Shown here: positions 46,964 to 56,492 of the stretch, piece by piece
Position numbering within the stretch: position 1 is the stretch's first letter
How the letters are laid out: every line of letters starts with the position of its first letter
Origin: Dehalococcoidia bacterium
GTDB taxonomy: Bacteria; Chloroflexota; Dehalococcoidia; UBA2979
Direction: 5' to 3'
NCBI GenBank assembly: GCA_965208885.1
Contig: CBDBPS010000002.1
Location: 1,879,538 to 1,943,537 of the forward strand
DNA length: 64,000 nt
Notes under the pieces: model-generated
Database searches by the model: none
Told to the model about the DNA's origin: nothing
What the model saw: the letters and a program-made list of their open reading frames with translations, nothing else
Position numbers and translations under genes: made by a program

Positions 46964-47156
46964 GCGATGAGATCGCTGGCTCTAGGTGCCAACCGGAGGT
47001 CATTGGCTCGATGTTGAGCGAGGCGCGTGTTGGAGACGTTCTGGATCTGACCTCCATGTGGGTGGGGCACCCGCTACTGCTGGGCGCTTCAGCAGGTGAC
47101 TGTCCAACCGATGCGACAGGGCCACCAAGGCCTGCACTGGAACCAGGGCGGCCCAC

Positions 47157-48386
47157 ATGACTACCTACACGCCGGCGTCGTCTCTTGGCTGGCTCGATCT
47201 CGATCCAGCGGCAAGTGAGCGAGTGACCACGCTGCTCCGCTCGCTCGACGAGCCCGGAACTCTCGACGTGCTGGGCTTGGGCACGATACGCGATGCGTTC
47301 TCGGCGATGCTCAGCCCCGGCACCTCGACCGTCCAGACCAGGCTCCGGTATTTCATCTTCTTGCCCTGGATACTGGGTCGCGTCGAAGCCCAGGGAGTCC
47401 CTCCAACCGATTTCACCCGCAGACTCCGTGAGGACGAGGCGCGACTGATCGACTGCCTGCGCCACCTGGGGCCAGGACAGGGGGTCATCGGCTACAACGC
47501 CGGCAGAGAACTCAGGCGCATGCCCAGCGAGATCTACTGGGTCGGTTTAGGCTCCTGGGGTCTGAGGCGGCATGACTTGAGCATCGCCGAGTACGGGCAA
47601 CGGGCTGCTGCTATCGGGAGGCTCCGGCCCGAGCGCGACGACGACGGCGAAGCGACTAGGCGGGTCGTATCAACGTGGGCTCCACTCCCTCAACCTCCAG
47701 CTGACTTCCTGCAGAGCGACATCACCTTCGAGCTTCGTGCCGAGGAGGCGCAGGTCCTTATCGACCACATCCGGCGGCACCACACGGGTACGCTACTGGC
47801 CGTCTTGTGCGGTATGCCAGCTGCTGTGAAGGATGCCGACTATCCGTGGGAAGTCCCGACGGGCGGGCTGCCGGATCACCTCGTTGAACTCCTTCACCAC
47901 GCCCGATGCTTCTCCGAGCTGACTCTTGGGCCGCAACTTGTCTACAACGTCCTCCTCGCGCGTAAGGCGAGCGAGGAGCTTGATTGGGAAACCCACGAGC
48001 TCGAAGAGGGACAACTCAGCCAGCTCGAAACCTGGGGCCAGCTGGTTGGAGACCGGCACGAGGAGTTGCAGTCGTGGGTCGAAGACCTCCCTGAGTTCTG
48101 GCACGTCGTAGCAGACCAGGGCGTCAGCGCACAAACCCAGGACTTCGTCGCAACTGTGGTTAGACGCGCCGTCGCCAATCCCCTCGGCTTCGCCGACGAT
48201 TCCGTCGTTCACAAGCGCATCCGCGACCGGGAGCTCAAGCTGAAGTCGAAGCGAGCTCGACTGGCCCACCGGACTGCGCTTGAGAACTGGAGCCAGGCAC
48301 CAGTCGGTGGTCAGTTCGACTATCGGTGGTCAATCACCAAGAGCTACCTCGCAGACATTGCCAAGGCGTTGGAGGAGGGAGCCTGA
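47157..48386 (+). CDS. Hypothetical 409-aa protein, first gene of a three-gene coupled operon.
   Basis: The ATG at 47157 begins MTTYTPASSLGWLDL. The stop overlaps the next ATG (TGATG). No known motif recognised. Confidence 0.5.
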   Translation: MTTYTPASSLGWLDLDPAASERVTTLLRSLDEPGTLDVLGLGTIRDAFSAMLSPGTSTVQTRLRYFIFLPWILGRVEAQGVPPTDFTRRLREDEARLIDCLRHLGPGQGVIGYNAGRELRRMPSEIYWVGLGSWGLRRHDLSIAEYGQRAAAIGRLRPERDDDGEATRRVVSTWAPLPQPPADFLQSDITFELRAEEAQVLIDHIRRHHTGTLLAVLCGMPAAVKDADYPWEVPTGGLPDHLVELLHHARCFSELTLGPQLVYNVLLARKASEELDWETHELEEGQLSQLETWGQLVGDRHEELQSWVEDLPEFWHVVADQGVSAQTQDFVATVVRRAVANPLGFADDSVVHKRIRDRELKLKSKRARLAHRTALENWSQAPVGGQFDYRWSITKSYLADIAKALEEGA

Positions 48387-50203
48387 TGCTCCAGCCCACA
48401 AATCGCCTCACACTGATTGACGCGCTGAGGCCCCCGGCCGCATTCCGTTTGGAGTCGGCCATGGCGGTGACATTCACGCTTGATCTACAGGCGCTCTTGG
48501 CGGCGCCCTTTGCGTTGGCGCACTCAGGGGCCGAAGGAATCGTTTCCGATGGAAGCCAATACGAACCCATCGAGTTGCTTCACGCACTTCGGTCCAACGC
48601 AAACAGAATCAGCGTGTTCAACCAGGTCGGCGAGATCGCCTTGCCGCCCTCACGGCGAGTGTTCGCCTTCCTCGAGCAGGCGGTCGTGCCCGTTCGCGCT
48701 CCGCTCGGCGGTATCGTCCACCCCAAGATCTGGGTGCTTCGATACGAGACCGCTGCTGAGCCACCGGTGGGTCAGCAACGGGAGCGGCGTCTAAGGGTGC
48801 TCATCTCCAGCCGGAATCTCACGTTCGATCCGAGCTGGGACACTGTGGTCCGTCTAGACGAAGCAACCGATGAGAAGGCTGCATCGCTGGAACCTGTCGG
48901 GGAACTGTTTGAGGGGCTGCTCGGCACCGCGGTTGGCACCGTCACCACGGTCCACCAGGACCGCGTGAAGTTGCTCTCCGCCGCGCTAGAGTCTACGAGT
49001 TTCGCCTTACCCGCCGGTGTAGAGGAGCTGCGAGCGCATGTAATGGGCCTGACCTCCACAACTTCACCACTTCCGGCCACCGCCGAAAGGTCATTGATCG
49101 TCTCGCCATTCGTCAGCGATGACTTCTTTACCAGAGTCCATCCGTCGCCGGTAAATGAGCTCGTGAGCAGGCCGGAACAGCTCGACCACCTTGAGCAGGC
49201 GACGCTCGATAAGATGCAGACCCAACCTTACGCTTTTGACGACGTTAGCTTGGCCGCCCTCGAAGGAGGGGAGGAACAAACATCGCTCTATGGTCCTGGC
49301 CGGCCTCTGGTAGGGCTACACGCCAAGATATTCGCCTTCGAGAGTGATGGTCGAGCCCGCCTGTTCCTTGGGTCGGCCAACGCCACCGGTGCGGCGTTCA
49401 GCAGAAATATCGAAGTTTTGCTAGAACTCGTCGGCTCCAAAGAGATGCTCGGCATCGCCCGGCTCTTCGATGGCAACGGCGACGAGCCGGGACTCCGCGA
49501 CTTGTTCGTACCATATCACCGGCGAGAAGATCGCGATCAAGAGAACGGAACGGCAACGGTTGACAGCGCTAGACGCGCCATCGCTCAACTTCACTTCGAG
49601 GGCGTTGTCGAGGAGAGCGGGACCGGATGGGCGGTGACTTACCGGTCGCGGGAACCGGTGAGCGCTCCGGATGGCACGGTGATCCGCTGCTGGCCACTGG
49701 CATCTGCTGGGAACCGGCGACGGGTTGCTCTGGATGAACGGCTGGATGTTCGATTCGAGACCACCCTGGAAGCCATCAGTGGGTTCCTCGCGTTCGAGAT
49801 CACGCACAGAGATGGCGAGGACGCACGGACCGGATTCGTCGTCCCGGTCCCACTCGCCGGAATCCCAGAGAATCGTGACCGGATCCTGTTGCGCTCTCTT
49901 GTGGGTAACGCCGAGCGCTTTTTTCGGTACTTGCTGGCGATACTGGACGACGATCCGGATCAGATGAGTCTGATCGATGCTCTGGAAACCGACGGTATGG
50001 ACTCTGTAGCCTCTGGAAGCGGATTTACGAACTTGCCGGTGTTGGAGAAGTTGCTCAGAACCATGCGACGAGAACCGACGAAGCTTGCCGGACTCCATCC
50101 ACTCGTCTCTGACCTGGCTGCCGATGACGCGCTTCCGTCAGGTTTCGCTGAACTCTGGATGGCTATCTACGACGAGGCACACCGACGCGGTCCAGCACAG
50201 TGA
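48386..50203 (+). CDS. Phospholipase D-superfamily (two HKD motifs) putative nuclease.
   Basis: A GGAGGAGGGA SD precedes the start. HKD motif 1 reads VHPKIWVLRYE...ISSRNLT. HKD motif 2 reads LHAKIFAFESDGRARLFLGSANATGAAF. The stop overlaps the GTG of the helicase gene (GTGA). Confidence 0.7.
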   Translation: MLQPTNRLTLIDALRPPAAFRLESAMAVTFTLDLQALLAAPFALAHSGAEGIVSDGSQYEPIELLHALRSNANRISVFNQVGEIALPPSRRVFAFLEQAVVPVRAPLGGIVHPKIWVLRYETAAEPPVGQQRERRLRVLISSRNLTFDPSWDTVVRLDEATDEKAASLEPVGELFEGLLGTAVGTVTTVHQDRVKLLSAALESTSFALPAGVEELRAHVMGLTSTTSPLPATAERSLIVSPFVSDDFFTRVHPSPVNELVSRPEQLDHLEQATLDKMQTQPYAFDDVSLAALEGGEEQTSLYGPGRPLVGLHAKIFAFESDGRARLFLGSANATGAAFSRNIEVLLELVGSKEMLGIARLFDGNGDEPGLRDLFVPYHRREDRDQENGTATVDSARRAIAQLHFEGVVEESGTGWAVTYRSREPVSAPDGTVIRCWPLASAGNRRRVALDERLDVRFETTLEAISGFLAFEITHRDGEDARTGFVVPVPLAGIPENRDRILLRSLVGNAERFFRYLLAILDDDPDQMSLIDALETDGMDSVASGSGFTNLPVLEKLLRTMRREPTKLAGLHPLVSDLAADDALPSGFAELWMAIYDEAHRRGPAQ

Positions 50204-53200
50204 CGGGACTGCGCATCGATGTAGGGGCGGTCCTAGCTGACCTGAAGGACTTCCAGAGGCGAACCGCCCGTTGGGCGTTCCAGCGGATGTTCGATGAGCA
50301 GGATCCTGCAATCCGATTCCTGGTCGCTGACGAGGTCGGGCTGGGGAAAACGCATGTCGCCCGAGGAATAGTTGCTCTGGCTATCGACCACCTTCGGCGG
50401 ACGGGCGACACACGATATGACATTGTCTACGTCTGCTCCAACGCGGCGATCGCGCGCCAGAACCTTCGCAAACTTGTGCCAGAAGGAATCGAGCCGCTCG
50501 AGGACATCGAACGACTCACCATGCTGCCTCTCGCAAAACTGAATAGCGGTGACGACCAGCATATGGGTGTAAACCTTCTCGCGATCACACCAGGGACGTC
50601 GCTGCAGTTCGGTCGTAGCACGGGCCGGTTCCGCGAGCGCTGCATAGCGTACGCGTTCTTGCGGGCCTGTTGGAGTGCGGAAGTGATGAACGCACCGGCT
50701 CGTCGGATCTTCTGGCACGGCGTCACGGCCAACGACCCCGACGAGCGGCTGCGCTCGGAGGAGCGACGGTACCGGTCGGAAATAAGGGAGTCACTCGGAG
50801 AGTTCGAAGCAATGCTGGAAGAGGTCGAACAGTCGCGCCGCGCCGACGGACGACCGGCGCTACGTGAACTCTTTGAGGGTCTGGCCCACGGATTGGCGTG
50901 GAAGCGCACGTTCCCAGACGACTTGTACGAAGACCGCAGAGAATTGATTGGTGAGGTTCGCCGCATCATGGCGAGAGTTGGCATCGCCAAGCTCCAACCG
51001 GATCTCGTGATATTGGACGAGTTCCAACGGTACAAGGACGTGCTCCGAATGGCTCCCAAGAACTTCGCTGTGGAGTTGGGGCAACGCTTGCTGAACCACA
51101 CGGACCCGCAGACTGGGCGCGCGACGCGAACGCTGCTTCTGTCCGCTACCCCATACCGCCTGTACACGACTGGCGATCGGGCAGGTGACGACCACTACGA
51201 AGACTTCTTTGATACTTGCTCGTTCCTTCTCAGGGATCCCGCGAGGGTTAACTGGCTGCGGGATCAGTTTCGTGCCCTCCGCCTGGCACTCACGTCCAAG
51301 GAGTCACTCTCAAACGCCGAGGGGGTCTGCCGCGCCATCGGCACCGAGCTGAGCAGCGTAATGGCACGAACGGAGCGGCTGGCGGCTACGCCAGACCGTG
51401 ACGGGATGCTTCACGAACCGGACACTCCAGTGGAGGTGAAACCGCTTGACCTGCGCGCCTATCGTCGCCTCGGGAATCTTGCGGAGGCGGTCGACCACCA
51501 CGAACCGACCGAATACTGGAAGTCCGCGCCGTATCTCGTCAACTTCATGGAGCGGTACAAGCTCAAGGAGGCCGTGGTGCAGTCCGCAGGCGACGGCCGA
51601 TTCAAGGACGGAGAAGGGCTTAGTCCAGGTCCTGGACTGCTGAACTGGGACGATGTCGAGGCCTACGAGGACGTTGATCCCCAGAACGGGCGACTTCGCT
51701 GGCTGCTCAGCGACTTGGATCGCCACCGTGCATTCGAATTGCTCTGGATACCTCCCTCGATGCGGTACTACGACACTGGATCGGTGTACGAAACCCCGGA
51801 AGCAGCCAGCTTTACGAAGCGGCTGATCTTCTCCGGGTGGAGAGTCGTCCCGAAGGTGGTATCCTCGCTCGTCAGCTTCGAGGCCGAACGCCGCGCCTTC
51901 GCCGGACGCAATCACGACTACACGGCAGACTATCGGCGGCGTGGTGGCCAACGTCTCACCTTCCGTACGAGCGAGCGCACTGCCGGCCAACTCCGACACG
52001 GAGAATCGGCCAGAGTCCGCCGAGCAGCCGGAATGACCACGTTTCTCTTGATCTGGCCGAGTCCGAGTCTTGCGGAGCTGGGAGACCCCCGACCGCTAGT
52101 GTCCGGCGCATACCGCCCTGTGTCTGAGATGCTCGCCGACGTGGCGGGTCGAATCTCGGACGCCATCGAACCGCTGGTTCAGAGCGCACCAACTGATGGC
52201 GCCGTCGACCAGAGGTGGTACTGGGCCGCGCCCCTGCACCTCGACCGAGAGGCTTACCTGTCGGTAACGGATCGCTTGCTTTCCCAGGGTGGCCTCATAC
52301 AGTCGGGAGGGGACGAATCCGATCGTGGACTCCGCGCCCACGTTGCCGAGGCAAATTCCATGCTATCGCGCGGTGCCCGGGCTCTCGGTCGCCCACCCGA
52401 TGACCTCAGCGAGGTTCTCGCTGAGTTGGCAATCGGAGGGCCGGCGCAATGCGCGCTGCGGGCGATCAGTTCAGTCACTCAGTTGCCGATCGCTGACGAA
52501 TCCACCGTGTTGAACGCCGCGCGGGTCGGTGCCGCGTTCAGGAGATTCTTCAACGCCCCGGAAGTCACGGGGCTCATAGTAGGTGGGCGTCCAGGGGAAC
52601 CGGACGTCGACGAAGGCGCAGGCCGCTACTGGCGCGATGTCATTCGACACTCGATCGGCGGCAATCTGCAGGCCGTTCTCGATGAACACACCCATGTGGT
52701 CCGTGACTGGCTCGGATATCTTCGTTTGGGCGACGATGACCGGCGCGCGCAGGCGGCCAACGACATCGCTCTGACCGTCGCGGACGCCTTGGACCTCCGC
52801 ACTTCATCGTTTCGCGTGGACATCCCCCGTAGTGGGCAAGGCGAACGCAACATGGATCTGGAAGAACGTCGGATGCGGACCCGTTTCGCCGTTTCATTTG
52901 GCAATCAAACACTCGACGAGGGCGGCGAGGCCCGAATCGAATCTGTGTACAGAGCGTTCAACTCGCCGTTCTGGCCCTTCGTCCTCGCCTCCACTTCTAT
53001 CGGACAGGAGGGGTTGGACTTCCACCTCTGGTGTCACGCCGTCGTCCACTGGAACCTTCCTACCAACCCAGTCGACCTGGAGCAGCGCGAGGGGCGCGTT
53101 CACAGGTACAAGGGTCACGCCGTCCGCCGCAACATCGCCGCGACCTTGGCGCCGGACCTGCTTGAAGGTGCGCTGGCTGGTGTCGCCGATCCTTGGAGTC

Positions 53201-53487
53201 AGCTATTCGCCATGGCAGTGCCCACTAGGCCAGAGGCCGCCGGCGAAATGGTGCCTTACTGGGTGTTCCCCAGGGGTCCGGCGCGGATCGAACGCCACGT
53301 GCCGGTCATGCCCTTCAGCCGAGATGCAGCGACTCTGCCACGGTTGCGCAAGTCACTCGCTGCATATCGCCTTGCGTTCGGCCAACCCCGGCAGGCCGAG
53401 TTGATTGAGTTTCTCGGGGCCGAGCGCTCCGACAGTGACCTGCTGCAACTGGCCTCACGGCTCCGCATTGAACTCTCACCCCCCTGA
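50200..53487 (+). CDS. SNF2-like superfamily-2 helicase/ATPase (1095 aa).
   Basis: Motif I reads FLVADEVGLGKTHVA, compared with SNF2 ILADEMGLGKT. Motif II reads LVILDEFQRYK. Motifs V-VI read SIGQEGLDFHLWCHAVVHWNLPTNPVDLEQREGRVHRYKGH. Confidence 0.75.
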   Translation: MTGLRIDVGAVLADLKDFQRRTARWAFQRMFDEQDPAIRFLVADEVGLGKTHVARGIVALAIDHLRRTGDTRYDIVYVCSNAAIARQNLRKLVPEGIEPLEDIERLTMLPLAKLNSGDDQHMGVNLLAITPGTSLQFGRSTGRFRERCIAYAFLRACWSAEVMNAPARRIFWHGVTANDPDERLRSEERRYRSEIRESLGEFEAMLEEVEQSRRADGRPALRELFEGLAHGLAWKRTFPDDLYEDRRELIGEVRRIMARVGIAKLQPDLVILDEFQRYKDVLRMAPKNFAVELGQRLLNHTDPQTGRATRTLLLSATPYRLYTTGDRAGDDHYEDFFDTCSFLLRDPARVNWLRDQFRALRLALTSKESLSNAEGVCRAIGTELSSVMARTERLAATPDRDGMLHEPDTPVEVKPLDLRAYRRLGNLAEAVDHHEPTEYWKSAPYLVNFMERYKLKEAVVQSAGDGRFKDGEGLSPGPGLLNWDDVEAYEDVDPQNGRLRWLLSDLDRHRAFELLWIPPSMRYYDTGSVYETPEAASFTKRLIFSGWRVVPKVVSSLVSFEAERRAFAGRNHDYTADYRRRGGQRLTFRTSERTAGQLRHGESARVRRAAGMTTFLLIWPSPSLAELGDPRPLVSGAYRPVSEMLADVAGRISDAIEPLVQSAPTDGAVDQRWYWAAPLHLDREAYLSVTDRLLSQGGLIQSGGDESDRGLRAHVAEANSMLSRGARALGRPPDDLSEVLAELAIGGPAQCALRAISSVTQLPIADESTVLNAARVGAAFRRFFNAPEVTGLIVGGRPGEPDVDEGAGRYWRDVIRHSIGGNLQAVLDEHTHVVRDWLGYLRLGDDDRRAQAANDIALTVADALDLRTSSFRVDIPRSGQGERNMDLEERRMRTRFAVSFGNQTLDEGGEARIESVYRAFNSPFWPFVLASTSIGQEGLDFHLWCHAVVHWNLPTNPVDLEQREGRVHRYKGHAVRRNIAATLAPDLLEGALAGVADPWSQLFAMAVPTRPEAAGEMVPYWVFPRGPARIERHVPVMPFSRDAATLPRLRKSLAAYRLAFGQPRQAELIEFLGAERSDSDLLQLASRLRIELSPP

Positions 53488-54048
53488 TGCACGCGACGCT
53501 GCGCGCCGGGGTGATGGAGTAGGTGGGCTCACGGAATGAAGTGACCGGGGCGCCGCACGGCGGGGTGTGCCCCCGCTTGGCCAACGTCCACCTGCACCGC
53601 TGGACCGGGCGTGGGAGGCGGAAGGAAGATTGCGAAAGGAGAAGGCCGCCAATGTCCGAGAACCACATGCAGCAGACGGAGGGCGGTAGCAGAGGAGTCG
53701 CGCTCCTCTCGCCGCTCGCGGAGCTGGCACGACGGCCCGTTCGCTCCTCCAGGGGATACTCGTCCCCAATAACAGCGCCGCCGATTGGCCAGGTAGCAGT
53801 TCGGAAGAGCCTTGACCGAGGTAAGAGGCCGACGATGCAGCAGGATAACGCAACGACGCGGAGCATTGAGAGCAGGGAACGGGTCTCTGGGCGACCCCTC
53901 CAGGTGAGTTCCGCCGGTTGGCACGCATCCGGCGGGTGTTGAGTTACTCGAGTCTGGCTATGTAGCCGAAAGGTCATCAATGCGGCGGACTTGGGCAACA
54001 CCGGCTTCTGATGCGCTGCAACGGGAAGTTGGCGGCAACCCCTCGCCC

Positions 54049-54360
54049 CTACCCCAGCGGCCGTGTCAGGGCGCTCGCTGCAACGGCGAGCTTGACCGCG
54101 CGCGCAGTGCCGACCAGTTCACGAGGCCGCGCTCCGAGGCGATCATTGCGCGAGAAGCCGAACTCGTCGAGGCAGAGCAGGCCGAGCCGGCCGTTGCAGG
54201 CGACCACGCGCGAGAGCATGCGCTCCTCGGCGGCCTCGGCGAGCTCGTTCACGAGCTGTGCCGCCGTCGTGTAGCGCACGCGCAGCCCGCGCTGGCAGGC
54301 GGCCATGCCGAGGCCGATCAGCAGATGCGACTTACCGGTGCCGCTGTCGCCGAGCAGCAC
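54049..54360 (-). pseudogene. IS21-family IstB helper ATPase fragment.
   Basis: Walker A reads LLGDSGTGKSHLLIGL and Walker B reads LLCLDEFGF. Both termini are missing. No istA was found. Confidence 0.6.
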
Positions 54361-54571
54361 GACGGGCTCGCCCTGTTCGACCCACTCGGCGGCGCCGCGT
54401 CGCGGTCGTCGAGCTCGGCCTGGAGCAGCTCGGCGAGGTAGGCGAGATGGCTGAGGCGGTCGCGCAGCGCGGCGGGGCGAGGGAGCCGGCCTGTTCGCGC
54501 ACGGTCGGGAGGCGCAGCGCCCGGCTGGTCGCCTCGACCGTCAGTGCCGCCGCCTGCTCGGTGACGGGCTG

Positions 54572-54716
54572 TCCTCGCGGTACATCGTGACTCGATTGTC
54601 TTCAGTCAGACTAGACACTATTCCCTCGCGATGTAGCTCAGTACATCAGAGGACGTGGTTCTTCTCACGCAGGTTGAACTATGGACTCTCAGTATGCCGG
54701 CGGCCCTCCTTCAGAA
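54572..54716. repeat. ~145-bp duplicate (~85% identity) of the AbiEi/AbiEi-like bidirectional promoter and 5'-ends region at 42935-43080.
   Basis: gtcctcgcggtacatcgtgactcgattgtcttc.gt.agact.gacact.t.ccctcgc.atgtag.tcagta.atcagaggacgtg...atggact.tcagtat.ccg is shared. No coding partners follow in the second copy. Confidence 0.75.
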
Positions 54717-54959
54717 CGGCCCACCGCCAGATCGCATCGTTGCATCGCAGTGCCGACAGGTCGGCACCGCGAGATGGCTTCGCCGTCCGTCCGGAGCGTG
54801 GGTAAGATATGCGCGCGATGAACGCTCGACCATATCCTGAGCTGAGACTGTGACGCGCCACGCCCAGTCTTCGCTCAGCATCCTCATCGCCATCGCCGAC
54901 TGCTCCCGGGGTCGCCAGCTTCGTCCACGGCGCAGCCCCACCGGCTAAGCGATGGTCCA

Positions 54960-56120
54960 GTGAGTCTGCCGAAACGCCCCGCAACGCTCGCCGAACTCCG
55001 GGAGAGTCTCACCGCCGGGGTTCTGCAGGAAGGTCGGCATCTCGAGTTCAAGCGCGAACTCCCGTCGAACAAGGACATCGCGCGGCAGTGCGCGGCACTG
55101 GCGGTCCAGGGCGGCGTTCTCGTGTTCGGTGTAGATGAGTCAGAAGCCGGACTTGTCGTCGCCCCGATCGAGTATGCGGGCGTCCGTGAGAAAGTCGGGC
55201 AAATAGCCCGGGACAGGTCGGTGCCACCCATCGAGTTGGACTCGTCGGTGCTGCATTCCGACGAGGCGGGCAGGGGCGTCGTTTGGATCGAGATTCCGCC
55301 ATCCCCGCACATGCTCCACCAGGTCGACGGGACGTACTACACGCGCGACGACGCGCGGACAAGGCCAATGTCAGACGCCGAGGTCGCTGATCGAATGGAG
55401 CTGCGCAAGGGGCGTCCGCGCTTGCTCGAGCAGGCACTCGAGCAAGCGCTGCGGAGACCGGAACCGGCAGCTGCGTCGCTGCATGCAAGGACCTGTATTG
55501 TCGCGCGGCCGGTCGGTGCCGCCTCCGACTTGCTCTTCGCAAAGACCAGGACGGCGGATGAGTGGGATGACTTCGCCTTCGAGCTCATGGTCCCGACAGG
55601 CCCGATCGTGATGCCCGCGCCGGTACGGGCCTGGGGCTTCATCAGCCATCAAGCCACGCCAGAGGGACCGAGTTGGGGCTCGCAGGCGATCATGTCGTAT
55701 CGCGACATCGCGTTCGAGAAGAACGGCGCACTCGCGCACCTCTCGTACAGCCGGGGGTTCGATCGCCGGAATGCGGATACGGTTCAGCCGTGGCTCGCGC
55801 TACAGGCTTGCATCGAAGTCATCGGGATCATCGGCGCCATCCAAGAGCGCACCAAGGAGGCCATGCCTTGGGACATCGCGATGTCGATCCGCGACGTGCG
55901 GGGTCACCTGGGGACATCGAGGCCGTGGTCTGGTCGCGGCCCGGTTCAGCAGCGGTTCCGGCCGACATTCCCGCGCGACGACTACACTGAGTATGCGCTT
56001 GGCGTGACTGGGCGACGGATAGAAGCGGACGGCGTTGCGCTTGTCGAGGAGCTGGCCGGTCAGTTCGTCTTGGAGTGTGGGCTGGACTTCGACACCGAAT
56101 ACCCTGGGCGAAGGACATAA
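54960..56120 (+). CDS. AlbA_2/Schlafen-like domain protein (putative DNA-binding/regulatory ATP-binding protein).
   Basis: GRHLEFKRELPSNKD...GGVLVFGV resembles the AlbA_2 (divergent AAA / Schlafen) signature E..E..LEFK...GG.l..GV. Confidence 0.4.
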   Translation: MSLPKRPATLAELRESLTAGVLQEGRHLEFKRELPSNKDIARQCAALAVQGGVLVFGVDESEAGLVVAPIEYAGVREKVGQIARDRSVPPIELDSSVLHSDEAGRGVVWIEIPPSPHMLHQVDGTYYTRDDARTRPMSDAEVADRMELRKGRPRLLEQALEQALRRPEPAAASLHARTCIVARPVGAASDLLFAKTRTADEWDDFAFELMVPTGPIVMPAPVRAWGFISHQATPEGPSWGSQAIMSYRDIAFEKNGALAHLSYSRGFDRRNADTVQPWLALQACIEVIGIIGAIQERTKEAMPWDIAMSIRDVRGHLGTSRPWSGRGPVQQRFRPTFPRDDYTEYALGVTGRRIEADGVALVEELAGQFVLECGLDFDTEYPGRRT

Positions 56121-56492
56121 GCAGGCTCAGACCAGAGGCCCACCCCGGACACACAAGATTCCTGCGGGACGGCTCGGAGGCAGGAGTGGCTCTCCTACGC
56201 ACCTCCGTAGTACCACGCGACCGGACCCCGGCCCGCGAGTTCGCCGCGCACATACAACGCCGGTATGCGCTCGGAGCGCCAGGCCCGGCCAGCATTAGAG
56301 AGGCCTCGGCACGAGGGGTTGAGGCTACGGGTAGCATTGGTCGTTCTGGATGCGGTAGTCCTCGGGTCGCCTCGTCTCCTGCGCCCCGAGCTCTCGAGGC
56401 GCGATCCCCGCGCGACCCGCGGGCGACCTAAGCTCCGATAGTACGGCTCCATATAGGAGGTTAGGTGGTAACATTCAGCAAGAGAGGTTGAT

